A stretch of DNA of 64,000 nucleotides from the NCBI GenBank assembly GCA_035221665.1, contig CM069156.1, forward strand, positions 39,928,001 to 39,992,000. The letters are read 5' to 3'. The stretch comes from Okamejei kenojei (lineage: Eukaryota). The notes under the pieces were generated by a model, which did not search any database, was not told the origin of the DNA, and saw nothing but the letters and a program-made list of their open reading frames with translations. Made by a program: the position numbers and the translations under genes. Positions 38,575 through 51,563 of the stretch are shown here, one piece after another. Numbering within the stretch: position 1 is the stretch's first letter; each line of letters begins with the position of its first letter.

Positions 38575-39100
38575 CGGCTGATCATCCAACTCAGTATCCT
38601 GTACCTGCCTTGTCTCCATAGCCACTGATCCCTTTAGCCACAAGGGCCACATCTAACTCCCTCTTAAATATAGCCAATGAACTGGCCTCAACTACCTTCT
38701 GTGGCAGAGAATTCCAGAGACTCACCACTCTCAGTGTGAAAAATGTTTTCCCACATCTCGGTCTTAAAGGAATTCCCCCTTATCCTTAGACTGTGACCCC
38801 TTGTTCTGGACCTCCCCAACATTGGGAACAATCTTCCTGCATCTAGCTTATCCAACCCCTTAAGAATTTTGTAAGTTTCTATAAGATCCCCCCTCAGTCT
38901 TCTAAATTCTAGTGAGTACAAGCCAAGTCTATCCAGTCTTTCCTCATATGAAAGTCCTGACAGCACAGGAATCAGTCTGGTGAACCTTCTCTGTACCCCC
39001 TCTATGGCAAGAATGTCTTTCCTCAGATTTGGAGACCAAAACTGTACGTAATACACCAGGTGTGGTCTCACCAAAACCCTGTACAACTGCAGTAGAACCT
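38575..39100 (-). mobile_element. CR1 LINE 3' fragment
   Basis: LYRVLVRPHL, LEFRRLRGDL. Confidence 0.9.
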
Positions 39101-39434
39101 CAGAAGCAAAGGAAGCTCCCATATACCTCAGAGAACGAAAGGCCAGGGAGGCGCCGAAAGAAGCCGTGGTGAGTGGCCGCAAAAGGATTGAGAATGAATG
39201 ACATTGGGAGCAACTTCCCAGCTTCCGTAGATCATAGAACCGATTCCACAGATGTCAGGAAGTAAAGTTACATCATGTAAGGAAGGATTGCGAGTGGCTG
39301 AGTGTGTGAGAGAGAGTGGGGGGGAGATGGAGAGAGGGGTAGACAAGGGACTTGTTGTTTCAATCCCTGTAATAAGTTGGCACTCTTGTTATTTTGCAGT
39401 GGGATTGGAGTGGTGAAAGGTAGGGTAGGTACGT

Positions 39435-39506
39435 CATCGGGGTCATCAGGTGGGCACCCTCCTTCTTTGATGTTTCATTGATAAGCCCACAACATCTCCA
39501 GAGGGC
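39435..39506 (-). ncRNA. Candidate non-circularly permuted hammerhead ribozyme in Hero 3' UTR (second copy ~43685-43755)
   Basis: Minus strand reads GAUGUU|GUGGGC ... GAAACAUC ... GCCCAC-CUGAUGA. Stem I has 6 perfect bp, stem III has 5 bp, stem II is weak. Confidence 0.55.
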
Positions 39507-42216
39507 TCAACGGTGATACCTGGCTTCCCAGTTACACCCCCCTCAATTCCATACCCTCCTGTATTCATCTTGCAGCCCAATTGCTGTCTCTCCTTTTGAT
39601 CCAGATCCAATTGCTGCTTTTTTCCGCAGAATTTGATAATGACTTAATTGCTTGTTGGAGGCAGCGACCCCTCACCCCCATTTTCTTTAATAGCCTGATC
39701 ATAGATGTAGCAACAAATCCCCTGCATCCCACTTCGACAGGGAAAATCTTGGTCTTCCAGCCATTCTGGGAAGCTTCAGTTGCCAGTTCAGTTGCCAGTT
39801 CAGAGTACTTGGTATGCCAACTTGGCTGTTGTGGACCACAGGACCATGTCTGGTCGGAGTGTTGTAACCACAATGTCTGGGGGAAACACAAACCTTTTTC
39901 CTAAGTCCACTTCCATTTTCCAATCCCGAGCAGGCAGCAGAATGCTTGCACCCATTGATGTTATCTGGTGCTCTGGAGGTTGGCCTGCTGGTACAAATGT
40001 TGTGAAGTGGACATTTCCTGCCGATGTTGGTGGGGAAGCATTTGTGATCGTTCGCCTCTGTTCAAGGATTGATGACAGCTGTCTGAGAACTTGGTTATGC
40101 CGCCAAGTGTAACGCCCTTGGCCGAGGCTCATAGTGCATCCTGTTAAAATGTGCCTTAGTGATCCAGGTGCTTGGCAAAGAGAGCAAGTGGGGTCTTCTC
40201 CGAACCACTGCTTCAGGTTCTGCGGTGATGGTACAACATTATAAGTGGCTCTGATGACAAAACTTAGTCGAGATCCTTCCATTTGCCAGATTTCACGCCA
40301 GCTGAGTTTCCTCTTTTCCAGGCTCTCCCAGTTAGTCCATTGGCCCTGCTTAGCCATTGAGACGGCCTTGGCGTGTCGCTCTGCCTCCTCCCGTCTTCTC
40401 ACCTCCTCCACCACGAGCCGTCTTTTCTGCACTGATGTTGCCTTGTGCCATTGAGGAGCTTTTGGGACAAGCCTGAGCCCGGCTCTCCCGTGTTGGACTT
40501 GGCCAACCATATCCCGGAAATGAAGAGCAGACATAGCACTCTGAACGGCTTCAGATGGGGTCCACTTCCTCCCCGTTGCCACACGGGGGGCTGCTGTTTG
40601 AATAACAGTATCTTCAGATTCAGTGAGGGTCATGACCAACCTTGCTTTAGTGCATTTGAACTCTTCCATAAGTCCTGTAATGGGTAATTCCAATTTGCCA
40701 CTCCCATACAGTCCGACAGCACTTAAGCATCGTGGAAGTCCAAGCCACTGTTTCACATGTGTGCTGATCATTCTTTCCAGCTTTTTCACTTTGTTGATGG
40801 GGATTTCATACATAGTTAAAGGCCACATGATTCTTGGTAGTATGCCAAATTGAAAGCACCACAGCTTGAGTTTTCCTAGTAGCAAGGTCTTGTTGATGCG
40901 AGCCATGTGCATGATGGTATCATTTTTCAGTTGTTCAAATTGCTCGGTGTCCTTGAGCTTTGCATCATACCATCGGCCCAAACTCTTCACTGGCATTTCT
41001 GAAACAGTTGGAACAGGTATTCCGTCAATATGAAATCTTTGATCCCTAACTTGACCTTTGACAATGGAGATGCTTCTGCACTTGCTGGGTTTAATCTTCA
41101 TCCTTGCCCATGTGATGTTTTGATGAAGTTTTTCCAGAGTCTCTTGGTGCAGGGGATAGTTGTTGTTAGTGTTGTTATATCGTCCATATAGGCTCGTACC
41201 GGTGGCAATCGCTGACCACATTGTAACCGTTTTCCTCCCACAACCCATTTTGATGCTCTGATAATGAGCTCCATTGCCATAGTGAAGGTCAATGGGGAGA
41301 TGGTGCACCCCGCCATGATGCCTACTTCCAGTGGTTGCCGCGCTGTGCTAAATTCTGATGTTGTGAGACAAAATTGCAGATCCTGGAAGTAGTTTTTTAT
41401 CAGATTTGTTACTATTGTCGGCACCTGAAAGAATTCAAAAGCAATCCACAGTAGCGAATGAGGAACTGATCCATAGGCGCTGGCCAGATCGAGGAACAAG
41501 ACATGCAGATTCTTTAGTTCTTTCTTAGCAGCCTGGATTTGATGCCATATGATGCTGGTGTGTTCAAGGCATCCCGAGAAGCCTGCTATGCCAACCTTTT
41601 GGATTGACGTATCAATGAAATGGTTTTGTTTCAGATACTTCGTAAGTCTTTTTGCCACCACACTGAAAATGATCTTGCCCTCTATGTTAAGAAGGTTTAT
41701 TTGCCGAAACTGTTCGATGGTGGAAGAATGTTTTTCTTTTGGGATCAGGACTCCCCCTGCTCTTCGCCAGGCTTTGGGGATAACTTCCTTTTCCCACGCA
41801 ACCCTCATGTTCCTCCAGAGGAATTTCAGAATATCTGGGGCATTCTTGTAGACACAATATGGAACACCATTAGGGCCTGGTGCAGAGGCCGTTCTTGCCT
41901 TCCTCACTACTTATATTACCTCACTCAGCTTGGGAGGGCTGATGTCAAATTGATGTTGTGGGGGTGAGATTGGTGGGATGTCAGCGGGGACAAAAATCGG
42001 TTCATCTTTTAACTCATCAGTGTGGGTGGTTCTGATGTGTCCTTCCACCTGCTTTTTTGATGCTTTCAGGGATCCGCTTTTTTCTTTTGTGAAAATGCCT
42101 TTCACAAACTTAAAGGGATATTCGTAGAAGTCTGTTCTTGCTTTTTCCTTCTTTTTGCATTGTTTCCTTAAATTCTCCGCTCTGCACAGCTTCGAGAGCC
42201 TCTGTTTTAGGTCGTT

Positions 42217-42660
42217 TTAGAAACATAGACATAGAAATTAGGTGCAGGAGCAGGCCATTCGGCCCTTCGAGCCTGCACCGCCATTCAATATGATCATGGC
42301 TGATCATCCAACTCAATATCCTGTAACTGCCTTCTCTCCATACCCTCTGATCCCTTCAGCCACAAGGGCCACATCCAACTCCCTCTTAAATATGGCCAAA
42401 GAACTGGCCTCAACTACCTTCTGTGGCAGAGAATTCCACAGATTCACCACTCTCTGTGTGAAAAACGATTTTCTCATCTCAGTCCTAAAAGACTTCCCCC
42501 TTATCCTTAAACTGTGACCCCTTGTCCTGGACTTCCCCAACATCGGGAACAATCTTCCTGCATCTAGCCTGTCCAACCCCTTAAGAATTTTGTAAGTCTC
42601 TATGAGATCACCCCATCTTCTAAATTCCAGCGAGTACAAGCCGAGTCTATCCAGTCTTTT
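42217..42660 (-). mobile_element. CR1 3' fragment inserted in the Hero element
   Basis: Near-identical to 2931-3380. Confidence 0.9.
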
Positions 42661-43597
42661 GAAGGAGATTGATGCCCTCCCTTTCTTCTGCTGTTGCTTT
42701 TTTTCCACACCTTCCTCAGACCTCTTCTTTCTTTAACAAGTCATTGGATTTCCTGGAGACGACGGGACTTGGGGGGGAGGAGGCCTATCTTTCCTGCTGA
42801 GTTGTTCCTTTTCACCAAATTTCTCCTTTCCACAGCTGAAGACTAGATCACCCATCTTCTCCAACTTCTTTTCTGCTGATCCCTTGATTCCACTTAAGAT
42901 TAAGCTCACATCTGCATTGATGATTTCCCACTCCTAGCTGTTAGGCTTTGGCCGTTTCACCAACGGCTTACATCCTTGCATGTTCTCCACTTTACGATGT
43001 GCCTGGTTGCGTCTTGGACTGTTGCCTGAAACTTCTGCCATATCCCTTAGGGTGCTGATGCTCTGTGGACTGTGGATTTCTTCCTGCCGCTGAGTTTCAT
43101 CCGACTGATTTGACCTTCCTCTTAACAGAATCTGGTCAATGCGGGGCCCTGGGTTGGGGATTTTCAAGCATTTTTTCCGTCCCTGATGAATTTTGAGACC
43201 ACGAGTTGATGTTACTTTAGTCCAGCCACACCAACAGGTCTGAAGAACATGTCCAGCTGCTCGTTTTTCAAGAGTTTTGCCACTTACTTGATTCAATGTC
43301 GTGTCCGTTCCAAGGTTTGTTACTGGGTGGTCAGTCGATGAGTCATCTTGCTGTGACTCTCGCAGACTCTGGGGGTATTTTTCTCTTTGAACTTTTTGTA
43401 GCCAAGTAAGGGTGGCTCTTGTGCCCTAACAAGGTGACGGAGCCAGCTGTTATGGGTAGCTAGCCCATAACAGCCCCGTTGGGGTCTATTTCCTCCTGTC
43501 AGCTGTCTCTCCAAGCTGTCGCACGGTCTTTCCCATGTCGTCAGCTGCACTTTCACAACTGTCACTGGTTTTTCCTCCAGAAGGTCAGTAGAGCTAA

Positions 43598-44342
43598 TGG
43601 GACTTGTTTCAATCCCTGTAATAAGTCGGCACTCTTGTTATATGCAGTGGGATCGGAGTGGTGAAAGGTAGGGTAGGTACGTCATAGGGGTCATCAGGTG
43701 GGCACCCTCCTTCTTTGACTTTTCATTGATAAGCCCACAACTTCTCCAGAGGGCCCAACGGTGATACCTGGCATCCCAGTTACACCCCCCTCAATTCCAT
43801 ACCCTCCTGTATTCATCTTGCAGCCCAATTGCTGTCTCTCCTTTTGATCCAGATCCAATTACTGCTTTTTTCTGCAGAATTTGATAATGATTTGATTGCT
43901 TGTTGGAGGCAGCGACCCCTCACCCCTATTTTCTTTAATAGCCTGGTCATAGATGTAGCAACAAATCCCCTGCATCCCACTTCGACAGGGAAAATCTTGG
44001 TCTTCCAGCCATTCTGGGAAGCTTCAGTTGCCAGTTCAGAGTACTTGTTTTTTTTTCTCTCATAAGCTTCTTCAACACCATCTTCCCATGGAACTGTCAA
44101 TTCCACAACATATGCCAACTTGGCTGTTGTGGACCACAGGACCATGTCTGGCTGGAGTGTTGTACCCACAATGTCTGGAGGAAACACAAGCCTTTTTTCT
44201 AAGTCCACTTCCATTTTCCAATCCCAAGCAGGCTGCAAAATGCTTGCATCCATTGATGTCATCTGGTGCTCTGGAGGTTGGCCTGCTGGTACAAATGTTG
44301 TGAAGTGGACATATCCTGCCGATGTTGGTGGGGAAGCATTTT
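43598..44342 (-). mobile_element. Second Hero 3' end (RLE C-terminus + 3' UTR), head-to-tail upstream of the long copy
   Basis: ORF 43813..44421 PDMVLWS..VELTVPWE..K..KY..PVEVGCRG; highly similar to 39348-40040. Confidence 0.88.
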
Positions 44343-44399
44343 TGACAAGTACAAATGTTATACAGAGTTTATACGGGGTACTGGTGGGAACGCAATTGT

Positions 44400-47100
44400 A
44401 ATGTCCAGGTGGATAAGTCACCTGGACTGGATGGATTGCACCTGGATTCAGAAGGAGGTGGCTTCAGAGATTGTCAAAGCATTAGTTGTGATATTTCAAG
44501 AATCATTAGAGTTGGGGGTGGTTTTTGAAGATTGGAATATCACGAATATCACCCCGCTGAACAAGAAGGGAGCAAACTAGAAGAGCACAAATTAGAGGCT
44601 GGTTAGCCTGACTTCGGTGGTTGGTAAGATTTTAGAGACAATTATAAAGGATGAGGTCATACAGTACTTAGAAGTTCATGATAAAATAGGCCGAAGTCAG
44701 CATGGTTTTGTGAAGGGACGATCTTGACACACAGAAGGGAAGCTGTAGAAATGGTGTACCTAGATTTTCAGAAGGCTTTCGATAAGGTGCCGCACGTTAG
44801 TCTGTTAGGGAAGATGAGATCCCATTGTATTACAGGATATACTAGCATGGATATCGGGTTGGCAGGATGGGAGAAGGCAAGGAGTTGCAATAAAAGGTGC
44901 TTTTTGAAGTTGGCTGCCAGTGACTGGTGGAGTTCCGCGAGGGTCGGTGCTGGAGCCGCTTCTCGTTGTATATTAATGATTTCGATAAGGGGATTGAGGG
45001 CTTTGTGGCCAAATATGCAGATGATGCAAAGATAGGTGGAGGGGCAGGCATTGTAGAGGAAGCAATGACGCTGCAGAAGGACTTGGACAGGTTAGGAGAG
45101 TGGGCAGAGATGTAGCAGAGGAAATTCAGGAAAGCAAAGTGCGGAATCATGCATTTTGGTGTGAGAATAAAGGCATAGATTATTTTGTAAATGGAGAGAG
45201 AATGCAGAAATCGGAGGTGCAAAGGAACTTGTGAGCGCTGCTGCAGGGCTCCCACAAAGTTACTTTGCAAATCGAATCGGTAGTAAGGAGGGAGGACCTC
45301 TTTGAAACTTACAGAATAATGAAAGGCATAGATAGAGTGGATGTGGAAAGAATGTTTCCACAGGTGGGAGAGTCTAGGACCAGAGGCCATAGCCGTAAAA
45401 TTAAAGGGGGCTCTTTTAGTGAGGAGGAACTTATTTCGTCATTTGTGGAACTCCTTGCTGTGGAGTCCATGTCCAGTGGGCATTTTTAAGGCAGATGTTG
45501 ACAAATTTTGATTAGAATGGGTGTCAAGGGTTATGGGGAAAAGGCAGGAAAATTGGATTAGTAGGCAGAAATCAGACTTGATTAAATGGCGGATTAGACT
45601 CGATGGGCCGAATGCCCTAATTTTATTCCGATAATTAATATCCTTAAGCCCACGGGTGTGTAACATGAAGATATACCAAGGTCTCTGCACCTGTGATTGG
45701 AGGATAACTACTGTCATCCCACTTTTTAAGAAAGGAGGGAGAGAGAAAATAGGACATTATAGACCAGTTAGCCTGGCACCAGTGGTGGGGAAGATGCTGG
45801 AGTCAATTAATAAAGATGTAATAGCGGCGCATTTGGATAGCAGTAACAGAATCAGTCCAAGTCACCATGGATTTATGAAGGGGAAATCTTGCTTGGGTAA
45901 TTTTCTGGAATTTTTTAAGGATGTATCAAGAAATATGGATAAGGGAGAGCCAGTGGATGTAGTGTATTTAGACTTTCGGAAAGCCTTTGACAGGGTCCTA
46001 CACAGGAGATTAGTGGGCACAATTAGAACATATGGTTTTGGGGGTAGGGTATTGACATGGAAAGAAAATTGGTTGGCAGACAGGAAACAAAGAGTATGAA
46101 TTAACGTGTCCCTTTCAGAATGACACGCAGTGACTGGTGGGGTGCCGCAAGGCTCGGAGCTGGGACCGCAGCTATTTGCAATATATATAAATGAGTTAGA
46201 TGAAGGAATTAAAAGTAACAATTAGCAAATTTGCAGATGTCGCAAAGCTGGGTGGCAGTGTGAACTGTGAAGAGGATGCTATGGGGGATGCAGGGTGACT
46301 TGGATAGGTCGGGTGAGTGGGCAGATGCAGTATAATGTGGATAAATGTGAGTTTATCCATTTTGGTGGCAAGAACAAGAAGGCAGATTACCATCTGAATG
46401 AAGTCAGAATGTTGCAGGATAAGGGGAAGTGCAAAGAGACCTGGGTGTCCTTGTACACCAGTCACTGAAAGTAAGCATGCAGGCACATGAGGCAGTGAAG
46501 AACGCTAATGGCATGTTGGCCCACATAACGAGAGGATTTGAGTATAGAAGCAAAGAGGTCCTTCTGCAGTTGTACAGGGCCCCTGTGAGACCACCCCTGG
46601 AGTATTGCGCGCAGTTTTGGTCTCCTAATTTGAGGAAGGCCATTCTTCCTATTGAGTGCAGCGTAGGTTCACGAGGTTAATTCCCGGGATGGCGGGACTG
46701 TCATATGATGAAAGAATGGGACAGCTGGGCTTGTATTTACTGGAGTTTAGAAGGATGAGAGAGGATCTTATAAAAACATATACAATTATTAAGGGATTGG
46801 ACAAGCTGGATGCAGAGAACATGTTCCCGATGTTGGGGGAGTCGAGAACCAGGGGCCACATTTTAAGAATATGGGGTAGGCCACTTAGAACGGAGATGAG
46901 GAAAAATGTGTTGCGAATTTGTGGAATTCTCTGCCTCAAAAGGCAGTGGAGGCCGATTCACTGGATACATTGAAAAGAGATTTATATAGGGCTCTTAGGA
47001 TTAGCGGAATCAAGGGATATGGGGAGAAGGCAGGAACGGGATACTGAATATGGATGATCAGCCTTCAATGATCACATTGAATGGCGGTGCTGGCTCGAAT
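44400..47100 (+). mobile_element. Two tandem degraded CR1 RT fragments (44400-45620, 45690-47100)
   Basis: YLDFQKAFDKVPH, KYADDAKIGG, YRPVSL, LYRAPVRP. Confidence 0.85.
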
Positions 47101-47139
47101 TGCTTGGTTTATACAATACATATTTTAGTCAGGTTTCTT

Positions 47140-47390
47140 TAGAGACACGTCCCATCGGCCCAGCGAGTCCGCACCGACCAGCGACCCCCGCACACTTACA
47201 CTATCCTACACAAACTGGGGACAATTTACATTTTAACCAAGCCAATTAACCTACAAATCTCTATGCTTTTGGAGTGTGGGGGGAAACAAAAGATCGCGAG
47301 GAAAACCTACGCAGCTTTTGGGGAGAACGTACTAATTCCGTACAGACAAGTATCCGTAGTCAGGATCGAACCCAGGTCTTTGGCAGTAGC
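47140..47390 (-). mobile_element. V-SINE/HE1-like tRNA-derived SINE (further copy ~49380-49605)
   Basis: Reverse complement contains a ggttcgatcc B box and the V-domain-like cccacactccaaa..gttaattggc. Confidence 0.7.
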
Positions 47391-47423
47391 TCAAACCCCT
47401 GGATTGAATAGATTTTAGATATA

Positions 47424-49005
47424 CAGTGGCTTTGAAAAGTTTTCATACCCCTTAAACTTTTCCACATTTTGTCACGTTACAACCACAAACGTAAATGTAT
47501 TTAATTGGGATTTTATGTGATAGACCAACATAAAGTGGTGCATAATTGTGAAGTGGAAGGAAAATGATACATGGTTTCCAAATTTTATTACAAATAAAAA
47601 ACTGAAAAGTGTGGCGTGCAAAAGTATTCTGCCCCCCGAGTCAATACTTTGTAGAACCACCTATCGCTGCAATTACAGTTGCAAGTCTTTTGGGGGTATG
47701 TCTCTACCAGCTTTGCACATCTAGAGACTGAAATTTGTGCCCATTCTTCTTTGCAAAATAGCTCAAGCTCAGTCAGATTGGATGGAGAGCGTCTGTGAAC
47801 AGCAATTTTCAAGTCTTGCCAGAGATTCTCAATTGGATTTAGGTCTGGACTTTGACTGGGCCATTCTAACACATTAATATGCTTTGATCTAAACCATTCC
47901 ATTGTAGCTCTGGCTGTATGTTTAGGGTCGTTGTCCTGCTGGAAGGTGAACCTCCGCCCCAGTCTCAGGTCTTTTGCAGACTCTAACAGGTTTTCTTCCA
48001 AGATTGCCCTGTATTTGGCTCCATCCATCTTCCCATCAACTCTGAGCAGCTTCCTTGTCCTTGCTGAAGAAAAGCATCCCCACAGTGAGGATGGTGTGTT
48101 CAGGGTGATGTGCATTGTTAGTTTTCTGCCACACTTAGCATTTTGCATTTAGGCCAAAAACTTCATGTTGGTCTCATCAGACCAGAGCACCTTCCTCCAC
48201 ATGTTTGCTGTGTCCCCCATATGGCTTGTGGCAAACAGCAAACGGGACTTCTTATGGCTTTGTTTCAACAATGGCTTTCTTCTTGCCACTCTTCGATAAA
48301 GGCCCGATTTGTGGAGTGTACAACTAATAATTGTCCTGTGGACAGATTCTCCCACCTGAGCTGTGGATATCTGCAGCTCCTCCAGAGTTACCATGGGCCT
48401 CTTGGTTGCTTCTCTGATCAATGCTCTCCATGCCCGGCCTGTCAATTTATGTGGACGGCCATGTCTTGGTAGATTTGCAGTTGTGCCATACTCTTTCCAT
48501 TTTCGGATGATGGATTGAACAGTGCTCCGTGAGATGTTCAAAGCTTGGGATATTTTATAACCTAACCCTGCTTTAAACTTCTCCACAACTTTATCCCTGA
48601 CCTGTCTGGTATGTTCCTTGGGATTCATGATGCTGTTTGTTCACTAATGTTCTCTAACAAACCTCTGAGGCCTTCACAGAACAATTGTATTTATAGTGAG
48701 ATTAGATTACACACATGTGGACTCTATTTACTAATTAGGTGACTTCTGAAGACAATTGGTTGGATTGGATTTTATTTAGGGGTATCAGAGTAAAGGGGGC
48801 TGAATACCTTTGCACACCACACTTTTCAGTTTTTTATTTGTAAAAAAATTGAAAACCATGTATAATTGTCCTTCCACTTCACAATTATGCACCACTTTGT
48901 GTTGATCTATCACATAAAATCCCAATAAAATATATTTACGTTTGTGGTTGTAACATGAAAAAATGTGGAAAATTTCAAGAGGTATGAAACTTTTGCAAGC
49001 CACTG
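47424..49005 (-). mobile_element. Tc1-like DNA transposon with ~200-bp TIRs, TA TSD and disrupted DD34E-type transposase (48628-~47640)
   Basis: TA|CAGTGG...CCACTG|TA; HTH region ISRSTVQSIIRKW, GRP, WSDET, FQQDNDPKH, WPSQSPDLNPIENLW. Confidence 0.95.
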
Positions 49006-51563
49006 TATTGTTGGACGTGAAGGGAATTGATGCTATGGGTTTCGTGCGGGAGGGTAGCACTCGGGTAAATGATCAGCCACCTTCACGTTGAACAAGGACG
49101 AGCAGAGGCGCGAGGAACCCCGTACCCTAATAGTATTTAATGCTCAAATGCATAGGGGAAGGAACATTGATATTCTCACTTTTGATACCTTGATAGATCC
49201 ATTGACGTATTAACGCGGAGAAAATATACAGTAATCAATAATACAATCAATTAGTAAACAGTTAAAGAAGGTAACCACAAAAGTAGAAAACCGAAGCCCG
49301 TTGTGCAACCAAAATCAGAGAATATCACAGTTGCTGCGGTAGTGGTTTGTGTTGTGCGCTTTTTAGTTTAAAGGTACAGTATGGAAACAGGCTGACCAAA
49401 GATCACTCACACACATGTTCCATGTTATCCTACCTTTGCATTATCTGAAGACCAGCATTTTGGGGGGGATGTGGGAGGAAACTGGAACACCGAGAGAAAA
49501 CTAGTGCGGACACAGGGAGAAACAATTCCTCACAGACAGCACCCGAGATCAGAAACCTGGGTCTCTGGCGCTGTGAGGCAGCAGCTCTACCCGCTGCTCC
49601 ACTGCGGCAGTGTGTCAAAGAGCCTGGTGATTGCTTGGAAGAGTAATGAACTATCATACCCATGTGTTTATTTCTGATGTAACACCTCACGCTGAATGCC
49701 CATGCGCGAGTGACGAAGGGAATGGATTCTCAGGTTGGTGGCGCAGACCCAACCCGTTGGTCAGGATGGGGCCAAGTTGTCCAGGAGCGCGGGGGAGTTG
49801 ACCCCTCACCCACGTGGTTGCATCCCAACACACTGCTGATTCCTGGATCATCTTCGGCCTAACCCAAAACAAATCTCTCGACATATCACCCGAGACCTTT
49901 GGCCCTGGGATCGGATAACATTAGTCATAGAGTCACACAGCACAGTAAACAGGTGCCTCGACCTAGCTGTGCCGACCACGATGCCCCTTCTCCATTCGTT
50001 CCACCTGCCTGCGTTGGGCCCAAATCTATCCAAAACTTTCCTACCCAAGTACCTGTACAAATATATTTGAAATTCTACTCTCGTTCTGCCTCAACTATTT
50101 CCTCTAACAGCACGTTCCATAAACCCACCAATCTCTGTGTGAAATATTATTTGCACATCTTGATTTAATGAATCCGGTTTAATTTATGGCCAATGGTCAG
50201 CTCTGGATGTTGATGGCGGTGGATTCTGCAGTGCTGTGTCATTGGATATCACAGCTTGGTGGACAGACTCTTTGTTGAAAGAGGCGATTAATGGCACATG
50301 AACTGTAAATGGATGTTCAGCGATACTGCCCCACACTCCATTATAAGGGAAGAATCGGATACAATTGTGACTTTCGAAATATATTTGAAGAGCTATGTGG
50401 ATTGAAAGGATTTAGAAAGATGAGGGCTAAATGCATGCACTGGGACTCGCGTTGACAAGGTGGGCCAAAGGGCAAGGGTTTCGCTGCTCTACGACTTGAT
50501 ATGGAAAGTACAATGAATACAACTGCCATGTGATCCCAGAATGGGCCGGTGGGATGGGAATGGTGAAAGTGCTGTAGATGTTGGGCTCTGCTCGCTATTT
50601 TGAGGAACTCCTGCAGTGATGTACTGGGGCTGTGTGGATTAGCTTCCTATAAAACATTCAACAGGCCGATGCCTGCATTGTCAACTACAGTAAGAAATTT
50701 GAGCTACGTGGTTGCATTCTCTGGAACGCTGGAAGTTGCGGGGACACCTAATAGACATATATAAAGTTAAGGGGCACAAATAGGATCAACAATCATAACC
50801 TATAACATAGAAACATAGAAAATAGATGCAGGAGGAGGCCATTCAGCCCCTCGAGCCAGAACCGCCATTCATTGTGATCATGGCTGATCTTCCCCAATCA
50901 ATAACCCGTGCCTGCCTTCTCCCCATGTCCCTTGATTCCACTAGTCCCTAGAGCTCTATCTAACTCTCTCTTAAATCCATCCAGTGAATTGGCCTCCACT
51001 GCCCTCTGTGGCAGGGAATTCCATAAATTCACAACTCTCTGGGTGAAAACGTTTTTTCTTATCTCAGTCTTAAATTACCTCCCCTTTATTTTAAGACTGT
51101 GGCCCCAGGTTCTGGACTCTCCCAACATTGGGAACATTTTTCCTGCATCTAGCTTGTTCAGTCCTTTTATAATTTGATTTGTTTCTATAAGATCTCCCCT
51201 CATTCTTCTAAACTCCAGTGAATACAAGCTTAGTCTTGTTAATCTTTCCTCATATGACAGTCCCGCTATCCCAGGGATCAATCTCGTGAACCTACGATGC
51301 ACTGCCTCAATCACAAGGATGTCCTTCCTCAAATTAGGAGACCAAAACTGTACACTCCAGATGTGGTATCACCAGAGCCCTATACAACTGCAGAATAACC
51401 TCTTTACTCCTACACTGAAATCCTCTTGTTATGAAGGCCAACATTCCATTAGCTTTCTTCACTGCCTGCTGTACCTGTAAGCCAACTTTCAGTGACCGGT
51501 GTACAAGGACACCCAGGTCTCGCTGTACCTCCCCCTTACCTAACCTAACCCCATTGAGATAAT

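Larger units (their letters stand above)
39348..43590 (-). mobile_element. Hero-like (R2 superfamily) non-LTR retrotransposon with restriction-like endonuclease; near full length, frameshifted
   Basis: N-terminal C2HC finger (CWCGW..GLKIHQGRKKC); SAPGPNG; FLDLASAYGSVPH; GIMAGCTISP; AYMDD; CCHC (CSLC..HILTGC); RHNQVL; RPDMVLWS; PVEVGCRGF. Confidence 0.88.

Noticed and set aside
43440-43590. HDV-like ribozyme at the Hero 5' end
   Set aside because: Small hairpins are present, but I could not build the nested double pseudoknot by eye.
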